DNA from: Camelus dromedarius
Lineage: Eukaryota
Reading direction: 5' to 3'
NCBI RefSeq assembly: GCF_036321535.1
Contig: NC_087437.1
Coordinates: forward strand, 62,622,001-62,686,000
Length of the DNA stretch: 64,000 nucleotides
Of the stretch, positions 28,145 to 38,896 are shown one piece after another. The position numbers and the translations under genes were made by a program. Position 1 is the stretch's first letter. Every line of letters starts with the position of its first letter. A model generated the notes under the pieces. That model was not told the origin of the DNA, ran no database searches, and was given only the letters and a program-made list of their open reading frames with translations.

Positions 28145-28652
28145 ATCTGTCAAGCCATGAAAGACATAGAAGAAACTTAAAAGTTTTTCATATTACTAAA
28201 TGAAAGAAGCCAGTTTAAGAAGGCTACAAACTGTACGATTCCAACCATATGACATTCTGGAAAAGACACAGCTACAGAAACAATAAAATATTGTGGCTTC
28301 CAGGAGTCTGGGGAAAGGGAGGGAGGGAGGAATGAACAGATGGAGCACAAGGGATTTTTAGAGCAATAAAGTTATTCTATATGATAGTATACTGATGGTG
28401 GCTGCATGTCATTATGCGTTTGTCAAAACCTGTAGAACGTACAACATCAAGAGTGAACCCTAATGTAAACTATGGACTTTGGTCGATAATAATATGCCCA
28501 CGTTGGTTCATCGATTGTACCAAATACGCCACACTGATGAGGGATGTTGAGGGTAGGGGAGTATGTATGTGTGGGTGGGGAGGGCTATTTTCTGCTCAAT
28601 TCTGTTGTGAACCTGAAACTGCTCTAAAAGAATAAAGTCTATTACAAAAAAA
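28145..28652 (+). mobile_element. Ancient L1MC1/2-like 3' end
   Basis: caagagtgaaccctaatgtaaactatggactttgg...gaacctgaaactgctctaaaagaataaagtct followed by an A run. Confidence 0.85.
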
Positions 28653-28653
28653 T

Positions 28654-28984
28654 CAGTATGGTATTAGCATTAAAAATAGACTCATAGGTCAACAGAACAA
28701 AACAGAAAGCACAGAAATAAACCTAAGCATTATTGTTCCATTAATTTACAACAAAGGAGCCAGGGATATACCAAGGGGAAAGGACAGTCTCTTCAACAAA
28801 GTGGTTTTGGGAAAACTAGACCTCTGTCTTACACCACACACAAAAATTAACTCAAAAATGGACTAAAGACGTGAATATAAAACCTGAAACCATAAAACTC
28901 CTAGAAGAAAACAGGTGGTAGGCTCCTTGACATCAGTCTTAGCAATGAGTTTTTGGATTTGACACCAAAAGGAAAGACAACAAA
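28654..28984 (+). mobile_element. Host L1 ORF2 fragment, right half
   Basis: cagtatggtattagcattaaaaatagac...ggaaaggacagtctcttcaacaaa...ttggatttgacaccaaaa. Confidence 0.85.
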
Positions 28985-31900
28985 AATGGCGATGTAAGAA
29001 GATCCTGAACTCACCTTCTCTTGTGGACACAATAAATCTACAACTACTTATAGAACAATCCCCTCTGAAAAGAACTTGAGAACTAGCTGAACAGCTACTC
29101 GACAACAACAGATACAAGGGCACATAGAGATGGGTGGGAGACTTAGAGTTGCAGTCTTGCCAAAAACCCCATCCTGCTGCAGCAACCCATAACCAGGCAG
29201 GCCCTCACAAATATGGAATTTCTCCATGAGGAGCGAGGGGTTTGTGCTCCATATCAGTCACCCTAAGATTTGGGACCTGCACCAGAGAGATGAACACTCA
29301 AAACACCTGGCTTTGAAAACCAAAAGGTCTACACCCAGGAAAACCATATGCATGTAGGGAATGGAGACTTACTCTTAAATGGCTTGTGTGCAGACTCACT
29401 CACCCTGGGACCCAGCTTTTAAAAGAAGCAGTTTGAAAAAAGTCTAGACCATACATGAAGTAGAATCACTTGCTAACCTTAAAGTGTCTACTAGAGACAC
29501 AAAAGCTTGTTAGGCCTCTCTCCAGGTATGTAGGCACTGGCAGGTACCATTTTCACACTTTTATTTTAACCTGCTAGCACCTGCTCCTCTCTGAGAGCCA
29601 CTGTCCCAGCCCGACCAGAGGGGGCAGGTGGGTGCACCACCTCCACATGCTGCTGCTACAGCCTGGTCCCCAGCACTGCTCCTGCAGCCACACCAGAGAT
29701 GTGGACACATGCCAGAGCCAGTGGGCACACAGCTCAAAAAGGGGACAACACTCAGGTACTGTGTTCTGGTGGCCTGGGGGTTTATATTTTTGGGTCCCAT
29801 AGGTTTGAAACAATCAAAGAGACAGTTTGAGATACAATACATGAACCAGGGCAACATTAAACAGTAAGGTTCATTTTCTACACAGGACCACCCTTTCAAG
29901 ACAGGAAGAGATAACTGTAACACTTAACACATAGAAACAAACACAGAGTCAAGCAAAAGGAGGAAACAGACATGTGTTCCAAACAAAGGTAAAAAATAAA
30001 ATTCCAGTGAAAAAACCTTAATGAAACAGAGATAAGTAATTAACCTGACAAATAATTCAAAGCAATGGTCATAAAACTTGGGAAAAACATAGATGAACAC
30101 AGAACTTCAACAAAGAGATAGAAATATAAGAATATACCAAAGAGAAATCACAGAGCTGAAAAATACAATAACTAAACTGAAAAATACACTAGAGAGGTTT
30201 GATAGCAGACTAGATGAAGCAGAAGAAAAGACTGGTGATCTGGAAAATAGGGCAGTGGAATTCATCCAGAGTAGCAATAAACAAAACAAAACACCAGAAT
30301 TTTAAAAAGTGAAAATAGCCTAGGGAACCTAGCAGATAATATCGAGCAGAATAACATTCACATTATAAAGTATAGGGGGTCCCAGAAGAAGAGAGAAAAA
30401 AAGTTGGGGTGGGGAGAAAACTTGTTTTAAGAAATAATGATTGAAAACTTCCCTAACTAGGGGATGGATGTGGACATCCAGATCCAGGAAGTTCAGTGTT
30501 CCAAACAAAATAAATTCAAAGAGACCTCAACCAAGACACATTATAATTTAACATGTCAAAAATTAAAGACATGGAGAGAATCTTAAAAGCAGCATGAGAA
30601 AAACAACTTGTTATGAACATGAGAATCTGCCCTCCCCACACTCCCCCGTAAGACTTTCAACAGATTTCTCAGCAGAAACTTTGCAGGCCAGAAGGAAGTG
30701 GCATCATATATTCAAAGTGCTCAAAGGAAAGCACTTCCAACCAAGAATACTCTAGACCAGAAGGACTTAATATATACAGAACATTCCATCCAAAAGCAGC
30801 AGAATACACATTCTTCTCAACTGTACATGGAACATTCTCCAGGATAGATCACATTCTAGACCACAAAACAAGTCAACAAATTTAAGACTGAAATCATATC
30901 AAATATCATTTCTGACCACAATGGCATGATACTAGAAATCAATTTTACACACACACACAGAATGGGAAAAATCACAAATATGTGAATATTAAATATGCTC
31001 TTGAACAACCAATGAATCAATGAAGAAATGAAAGGAGAAATTTTTAAAAATATCTTGAGACAAATAAAAATGGAAAGAAAGCATACCAAAATCTATAGGA
31101 TGCAGCAAAGTAGTTCTAAAAGTCTATAGTGATATAAGCCTACCTAAAGAAACAAGAAAAATCTCAAATAAACAACCCAACTTTATACCTAAAGGAATTA
31201 GAGAAAGAACAAATGAAGCCCAAGTTAGTAGAAAGAAGGAGATAATAAGGATCAGAGTGGAAATAAGTGAAAAGAGACCAAAAAAGATGATTTAAAAAAA
31301 TAATGAAACTAAGAGCTGATTCTCTGAAAAGACAAACAAAATTGACAATCCTTTACTAGACTCACCAAGAAAAAAAGAGAGGGCTCAAACAAAATCTGAA
31401 ATGAAAAAGGAAATTTACACTGAAACCAAAGAAATAACAAAGGATCATAAGAGATTACTATAAAGAATTACACATCAACAAACTGGATAATCTGTAAGAA
31501 ATGCATAAATTCCTAGAAATATACAGTCTTCCAAGTCTGATCATGAAAAAATAGAAAATCTGAATAAACCAATTACTAGTAAAAAGAATGAATCAGTAAT
31601 AATAATTTTTAAAAGCCTGCAACAAACAAAAGTCCAGGACCAGATGGCTTTACTGGTAAATTCTACTAAACATTCAAAAAAGATTTTAATGCCTATTATT
31701 CCCAAACTGTTCCAAAAAACTGAAGAGGAAGGAATCTTCCCAAACTCATTTTACAAGGCCAGCATTACACTGATACAAAAACCAGATAAGGACACAACAA
31801 CAACAACAAAAAGTGGAGGCCAACATCCCTAATGAATTGAGATGCACAAATCCTCAATAAAATATTAGCAAAACAAATTCAACAATACATTAAAAGGACA

Positions 31901-32816
31901 ATAAGCCATGATCAAGTGGGATTTATCCCAGGGATGCAAGGATGGTTCAACATTCACAAATCAATGAAGTTGATACACCACATTAACAAAACAAAGGATA
32001 AAAATCATATGATCATCTCAACAGTTGCAGAAAAAGCATTAAACACAACGTCCATTTATGATAAAGACTCTCAACAGAGTGGGTAGAGATGGAGCGTATC
32101 TCAACATAATAAAGGTCATATATGACAGGCCCACAGCTAACCATCATATCGAGTGGTGAAAGCTGACAACTTTTCTCTTGAGATCAGAAACAAGACAAAG
32201 ATGCCTACTCTTGTCGTTTTTACTCAACACTGTATTGGAAGCCCTAGTCAAAGCAATTAGGCAGGAAAAAGAAATAAAAGGCATGCAAATTAGAAAGGAA
32301 GAAGTAACAAGTGGATGACATGATTTTATATTTAGAAAACCATAAAGACTCAACTAAAAATTGTTAGAAGTAACAAACAACTTCAGTAAAATTGCAAAAT
32401 ACAAAATCAATATACAAAAATATACCCCCAAAATTGTATTGTTATATACTAACAACAAACTATCAGAAAGAGAAATTAAGAAAACAATGCCAAATATAAC
32501 TGCAACAAAAAGAACAAAATACCTAAGAATAAATTTAACCAAGAAGGTGAAACACCTGTACACTAAAAACTATAGGACACAATGAAAAAAACTGAAGATG
32601 ATCACAGATAAATGAAAGACATTCCATACTCAGGTTTCTAAAGAATACTATTAAAATGATCATACTACCTAAAGCAATCTGCAGATTCAATGCAATCCCT
32701 ATCAAAATTCCAATGGCATTTTTCACAGAAATAGAACAAACAATCCTAAAATTTGTATGGAACCACAAAAGATCCCAAATAGCCAAAGAAATTTTGAGAA
32801 AGAGTAAAGCTGGAGG

Positions 32817-32969
32817 TGGGGAGGGTATAGCTCAGTGGCAGAATGCACGCTTAGCATCCACAAGGCCTTGGGTTCAATCCCAACTCCCTCCATTAAAATA
32901 AATAAATGAATAAGCCTAATTAACTCTCCACCCCAAAAAATTAAAAATAAAAATAAAAATAAATTTTTT
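32817..32969 (+). mobile_element. tRNA-derived SINE (Vic-1-like) nested in L1
   Basis: A/B boxes. TSD aagctggagg (32807-32816) / aagctagagg (32970-32979). Confidence 0.9.
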
Positions 32970-33736
32970 AAGCTAGAGGCACCACACTGATTTCAAACTA
33001 TATTACAAAGCCACAATAATCAAAACAGTATGACTCTGACATAAAAAAATAGACAAACAGATCACTGGAACAGAATAGAGTCTAAAAATAAGCCCAAGTA
33101 CATATGTTCAATTAGTTTATGACAAAGGAGCCAAGAATAGATAATGGGAAAGGACAGTCTCTTCTATAGTGTTGGTAAAACTGGACCACTATCTTACACC
33201 ACATACACACAAAAATGAAATAAAACTCCTAGAATAAAACATAGGTAGTAAGCTCCTTGACATCACTCTTGGGTGATATTTCTTTGGATCTGACTTCAAA
33301 GGCAATGGCAACAAAAGCAAAACTAAACAAATGGGACTACATGAAACTTAGAAGTTCCCACACAGCAAAGGAAACCATCAACAAAAAAGGCAATCTTCTG
33401 AACTGCAGAAGATACTTGCAAATCATACATCTGATAAGGGGCTAGTATCCAAAAATACATAAAGAATTCATACAGCTCAATAACAAAAAGCAATCTGATT
33501 GAAAAATGGGTAGAGGATCTGAATAGACGTTTTTCCTCAGAATTTGTACAAATGACTGAAAAGTATATGAAAAGATGCTCAGTATCACTAGGTCTTCAGG
33601 GAAATGAAAATCAAAACCACAATGAGGTATCACCTCACACCTGTTGGAATGACTATTATCAAAAGAATAAGAAATAAGAAGTGTTGGTGAGGATGTGAAG
33701 AAAAGGGAATCCTTGTACAGTGGTGGTAGGAATCTT

Positions 33737-33858
33737 TTTTTTTGGAGGGAAGGTAATTAGGTTTAGTTATTTATTTTTTGGAAGAGGTACTGGGGATTGA
33801 ACTCAGGACCTTGTGCATGCTAAGCATGCACTCTACCACTTGAGCTATACCTTCCCCT
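33737..33858 (-). mobile_element. tRNA-derived SINE (Vic-1-like) nested in L1
   Basis: A/B boxes on the minus strand. TSD tggtaggaatctt (33724-33736) / tggcaggaatctt (33859-33871). Confidence 0.9.
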
Positions 33859-35531
33859 TGGCAGGAATCTTAATAGTATGGCGGTTACTCAATTAAAAAC
33901 AGAACTCCCACATGATATAGCAATTTCACTTCTGGATATTTATCCAAAGAAAACAAAAACTATCTTGAAAGGATATCTGCACTCCCATGTTCACTGCAGC
34001 ATTATTTACAATAGCTAAGATATGGAAACAACCTGTGTCCACTGAAGAACAAATGGATTAAAAAAAAAATTCAGTACACACACACACATATACACAAATG
34101 GAGTATTATTCAGCCATGATAAAGAATGAAACCTTGCCTTTTGTGCAACACAGATGGACTTTGAGAGCATTACACTAACTGAAATAAGTCAGATGGAGAT
34201 AAATACTGCATAATCTCACTTATATGTGGAATCTCATAAAAACAAACTAACATACAAACAAAAAGAAGCACACAGAGAAAGAGAACAAATACAGGTGGAC
34301 AAAATGGGTGAAGACAGTCAAAAGGTACAAACTTCCAGTGATAAAATTAAAAAGTCATGGGTATGGAATACACAGCAAGGTGACTATAGTTAATAATACT
34401 GTTTTGTGTATTTGAAAGTTGCAGAGAGATCTTGAAAGTTCTCATCACAAGTAAAAATTTGTACTATGAACAGAGGTATGTTAACTAGATCTACTATGCT
34501 GATCATTACACAGTATATACAAATATTGAGTCATTTTGTTGTACACCTGAAACTAATATAATGCTGTATGTCAGTTTTTAAAAAGGAAGAATATACACCA
34601 AAGTGTTTTTCATTAAGTTCTCATGCAGAGCCTATTGTAGGAAGTACTGGTTTATATCATTTCCACATAAACCATCACATTTTAATTCTATAATGGATAC
34701 TCCCACCCAACACCATCTTATTTCAAAATGAAAGAAAAGCAAAGAGTTGCTTAGTGAACTAAATCAGAGGTCTTTAAAATATTTTGCTCCTGTACTTCTA
34801 AAGAGTTGAAAAACTTATGAGTATTTTTAAGCTACAAAAGATGTAATTTCTAGACTAGTGAAAAAATTAACATATTATCCTAAAACTGCTACTTGACTCT
34901 TTTAAGTGAATACAATGGAATCCAAATGCTATACTGATTTGATTGATACTCAACGTCTCCATTAAAATAAAAAAAAAAAAACACACAAAAATGTTGTACT
35001 ATCAAAGTTGTAAAAATTTACATTTTTTGGAACTCATATTTTCATCCCATTGTTTCCACAGAATTTTATCCTAATATAATATATATTTAATGCTGGAAAA
35101 ACTTTTACGGATCATTCTGATACTTCTCCACAACAAAAAGGCATGTAAACTGAACTTTAAAATTGTAAATTAAAAAGTTTTCCATGATCTAAGTCTCTAA
35201 GTGTTAAAAATTCTGTTACCATTATAATTGTTATGAGTATAAAATTAATTAAAACATAATCTACAAATTTTGACAGAATCAAAAATCAGATTCTTTTGGA
35301 AATGTACTTCTTAGAGAGATGAATGGTACCTCACCCTAGCAATTAATTTATGTATCTACTGCAACGACTATTACTGCTAGGAGGTTAAGAGTTTGGTATA
35401 AATTCTGTTGCTTTTTTGGGGGTGCAAGTATTAAGAAACCCTATTTGCTGAAGTAAGAAGATATGGAAGGAGTTCTGTTATAGCCAGGTCTCTTGGTGTT
35501 TTTAACTCCTTCCAAATTAACTACCAAAAAT

Positions 35532-35563
35532 CACACACAGACACACACACACACACACACACA
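35532..35563. repeat. (CA)n microsatellite
   Basis: Read directly; one interruption. Confidence 0.9.
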
Positions 35564-35596
35564 CCCTAAGATCTAGAATCACAAAATAATTTTTAG

Positions 35597-35737
35597 AGGG
35601 TAAGGTATAGCTCAGTGGTAAAGTGCACGCTTAGTATGCCCGAGGTCCTGGGTTCAACCCCCAGTACCTCCATTAAATAAATAAATAAACCTAATTACTC
35701 CCCTAAATTTTTTTAAATCAAAAAATAAAAATAAAAT
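35597..35737 (+). mobile_element. tRNA-derived SINE (Vic-1-like)
   Basis: A/B boxes. Exact 12-bp TSD aataatttttag at 35585-35596 and 35738-35749. Confidence 0.9.
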
Positions 35738-35984
35738 AATAATTTTTAGTCATCTGTCAACTCATCACTTCTTCAAAAAATAAACCAATTTTTCAGTGGA
35801 AGATTCCCTAGTCATTCACTTTCTCAGCACTGATGAGGTGCACCAAAGCAAGATTTTGGATGGTGAGAATAGCTTAATCCCCTTCAACTAGTGCTTCAGT
35901 CCTTTTCTTAATAACCTCACACAGTGGGGTTCGCAAAAGGTGAACGAAACAAAAACCTTTAGTGGTGGAGAAAATTTACATATG

Positions 35985-36140
35985 TCTTCTAGATAGAACT
36001 TCTGTGATAATGGAAATGCTCTATATCTGCACTGTCCAATAAGGTAGCCATAGTCACATATGACTTTAAATTTAAAAACTCATAATGCTCAATATTCACA
36101 TGCGGCTAGTAGCAACTCTATTACAAGACAGCACATTTAG
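35985..36140. mobile_element. MER3-like hAT element
   Basis: atagaacttctgtgataatggaaatgctctatatctgcactgtccaataaggtagcca. Confidence 0.7.
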
Positions 36141-36149
36141 ACCCTCCTA

Positions 36150-36275
36150 CTTACTGTGTGGTCTCTGCAGTTTTGGCTGGCAGCTTGTTAAAAAGACCCT
36201 GCCTCACATCTACTCAGATTACGCATTTTAACAAAACTCCAGGTAATTCATACATACTCAGTCTGAGAAGCACTA
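36150..36275. mobile_element. MER5A-like hAT element
   Basis: gcattttaacaaaactccaggtaattc...agtctgagaagcact with an internal inverted repeat. Confidence 0.65.
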
Positions 36276-36599
36276 TGCTAGAAACCTCTAATTTGTAGAA
36301 AAGTTCTTTCTTTTATTCACCAAAAAGTCGCCAAGAAATGCCCACCATCTGGCTTTCATAAAGTCTGAGAAGCACTATGCCAAAAACCTCCAATTTGTAG
36401 TTTTTTTCTTTTATTTATCGGAAGAAGTCTCCATGAAATACTCACCTTCTGGCCTTAATTTTTGCTCCCGGCCACACAGCACAAAATCAAATCCCCCTTT
36501 CCAAGCAATAGCCCTTTCGCGTATTTGAGCAGCTTCTAAATCTCACCCCACCCACCTTTCTCTTTCTTCCCCAGGTCTAATTTTCTCGAGGTTAAATAT

Positions 36600-37300
36600 G
36601 CGAAACTCCTTCAACCACTTCTGTGCAAGCCAAAGCCCCGAGCCCGGTTTCTCAGCTCTTGCAAGGCACGTGTCAAAGGAGGCAAGTCAAAGGGCAGGCT
36701 GCCCTCTAGGTCCTCAAGAGCCTAACAGTTCCCGGTCTCCGGGCTTCGCAAACCGAGTACCCCAGGCCCACCCGCCTCCTTTGCTCTTTTGCTCTCACCC
36801 ACAGCCCAACTCCTGGCACCTCCAACTCCCGCTCCCCATTCCGGCCACCCAACCTCTTCTTCCCTTTCCCGGGCTGGCACCTGACTAAGAAGACGCGGTC
36901 GAGACACAATTCCCCGCAGGTCGATGTAGACCGGGGAAGAGAGCCCGCTCTTCAGCACGAAGTTCCCAAACTTGAAAGCCTGCACATCGTAAAGGCCCGT
37001 TACCAACGACGTTAAAGCTGCTTCAGCGGCCGCCATGCTCCGACACTCACGGTTCTCTCCAAACTCCAAAGTGCGGCTGGCCTGCGCCGTCCGATGACGT
37101 CACATCAAAAGTCCCGCCTCTTCCGCCCCTTTTCTGACAGCTGCGCCGGCGCAATTCGCGCCGCTCCGGGTCCCAAGCAGCGAGGGTGGAGGGTTTCAGG
37201 TTGGGTCCCGGGTGGCGGTAGCGAACCTCACCTCGGTGCTGCATTTAGGGGAGATCGCTGGATTTTGAAGCCCCGTATAATTAGATTGGCTCCGGGATCA
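36600..37300 (-). promoter_or_regulatory. UMPS CpG-island promoter
   Basis: Highest CpG density in the window. CRE TGACGTCA at 37095-37102, GC boxes and ETS-like CGGAAG at 37112-37130, E-box CACGTG at 36667-36672. Confidence 0.85.
36881..37036 (-). CDS. UMPS: UMP synthase exon 1
   Basis: Kozak agcATGG, donor gtgcca. Translates [52 protein letters not shown]; 156 nt. The six exons sum to 1443 nt (480 aa plus stop). Confidence 0.99.
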
Positions 37301-38039
37301 TAAAATCAAGACTCTCAAGGGAGTTGTTATAAATCCTGCACTTTTTATAGTTCGGTGTTCTTTTGATGCTCTTCTTGGGCGAGCATGTTATTTGCCTCTT
37401 ATTAGACACGACTCCCCTTGCCCTCCCCTTTTTCCAAATAGAGTGTAAGTTCTGGAAGACGGGGCCTTTGCTCAATTCTTTTATTTGGCAAACGTCAGTG
37501 TCATAGCAGTTTGCACATGCGACTATAAAGCACTTAGCAGGTAGTTGTTTCTTACTTCTGTCTGCCCTGTGCCTCTAGAGGAGAACGTATTTATTCCCAT
37601 TAGAGTAGCTCAAGTGCTTGGCTCATAATAAGTATACAGCAGATGAGGAAGAGAGGGAAGAGAGTAGAGGAAGATAAATTGATTAGTATCAAGGTTATCT
37701 AGGAGGATAATCTTGCCAGTCAATCTGAAAATCTAAGCGTATTTGGTATTTACAAATAAATCCCTTAAAGTAGTGGAAGTTCCCATTATGTGTAGAAGGC
37801 AATATTTTAAGGGTAATAATTGATTCTGATTTCATTTCTATGTTTCTGTGTTCTTTATGTATGTCTGTATTTTCTCTGAAGACACTATGATGACCAGTCA
37901 GTGTGAAGGAACCCATGCTTTTGACAGTTCTCATTTCAAATAAATGCATAAAATCTTGATGAAATAGAAACCAAATATTAAAACATTTATGTTCTTATTT
38001 GCAAAATAAGCTAATCAGAATAGTTCAATCCCTAACACT

Positions 38040-38481
38040 TGTCAACTTTAAAAATAAAATGGCCAGTTATTTTACCAGCAAAATGAATTTTATTTGGGAA
38101 TGGCAGAGGAATTGCATTTGGGACATGCAAACTAGGGTGAACATAGACAAGCCTGGAAAACAAAGGAGAGGAATGTTACTTGATAGAGAAACAGGGGAAT
38201 TTGGGAGCGACTGCTTTGAAGGAAAGTCTATTGGAGTAAATGAAAAGTTCGAGGTAACAGTTTCTTATTGGCTGAGTCTTGGTCACTTTTCACTGGAAGC
38301 ATTGGTGGGCAAGGAGAAAATCTTCCCTCCTCATGTTGGGGTAGTAAAATAAGCCTCTATCCTTCCCAGGAATGTAAAATAAATAGCATAGGGTGGTATG
38401 TGCTGGTGTGTACCTGAGAGCTCCTCCTTCAAGGCTTTCTCACTCCAATTTAAATGAAGTTTTCATTTAATAATTTTCACA
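38040..38481 (-). mobile_element. Solo LTR (ERV1-like)
   Basis: TG...CA ends, near 4-bp TSD cact/cagt, minus-strand AATAAA at 38089-38094 near the 3' end, CCAAT boxes. Confidence 0.65.
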
Positions 38482-38890
38482 CAGTAGCTAATTGACAGTG
38501 TTCTATGAATCAGGTTCATTTGCCCTTGAGTGGCACACACACTCTTTCAGAGCCTGATCATGTTTGAATAGGCTAATCCAGATTCCTGGAGTCCACACTA
38601 TGATGCATAAACATGCTGGATCCATCCCAAATGACCTGCCAATTTTCTAACAAAACTGCCAAATAAAGCAACAGAATGAAGTTAACAACTCACATTGAGA
38701 CTTATTTGGCATCTTTGCATAGAGAAATGGCCTAGAATACTTCTCCAGGCTCCAAATTTTTGCTTTCTTTCTAAAGTGCTAGGCAAAATGTGTTGTAATA
38801 ATAATGCAATATTTTCACCTTGTCAAAGGCTTTCATATATTTGGAGAAAGAGCAAAAAAAAAAAAATACTCTTTTCTTTATAACAGAAGT

Positions 38891-38896
38891 TTTAAT
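38891..38896 (-). terminator. Candidate distal KALRN poly(A) signal (ATTAAA)
   Basis: Many UGUA motifs upstream (38960-39130) and a U-run downstream (~38853-38866). Confidence 0.6.

Larger units (their letters stand above)
28985..34585 (+). mobile_element. Near full-length degenerate L1 with an internal deletion near 30755
   Basis: 5' end atggcgatgtaagaagatcctgaactcacc; ORF1 coiled coil EITELKNTITKLKNTLE; ORF2 LFQKTEEEGIFPNSFYKASITLI and [16 protein letters not shown]; 3' end gtacacctgaaactaatataatgctgtatgtca. Confidence 0.92.

Noticed and set aside
28985..34585. Potentially active L1
   Set aside because: Many stops and frameshifts, an internal deletion and two SINE insertions.
34760..35460. 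Possible hAT/Charlie relic
   Set aside because: AT-rich and too degraded to assign without a repeat search.
35597..35672. tRNA gene-like A/B boxes (also at 21290, 32817 and 33737)
   Set aside because: AT-rich tails, TSDs and divergence identify them as SINEs, not tRNA genes.
37037..37069. N-terminal extension of UMPS ([11 protein letters not shown])
   Set aside because: Starts at TTG; the ATG at 37036 has strong Kozak context and gives the expected 480 aa.
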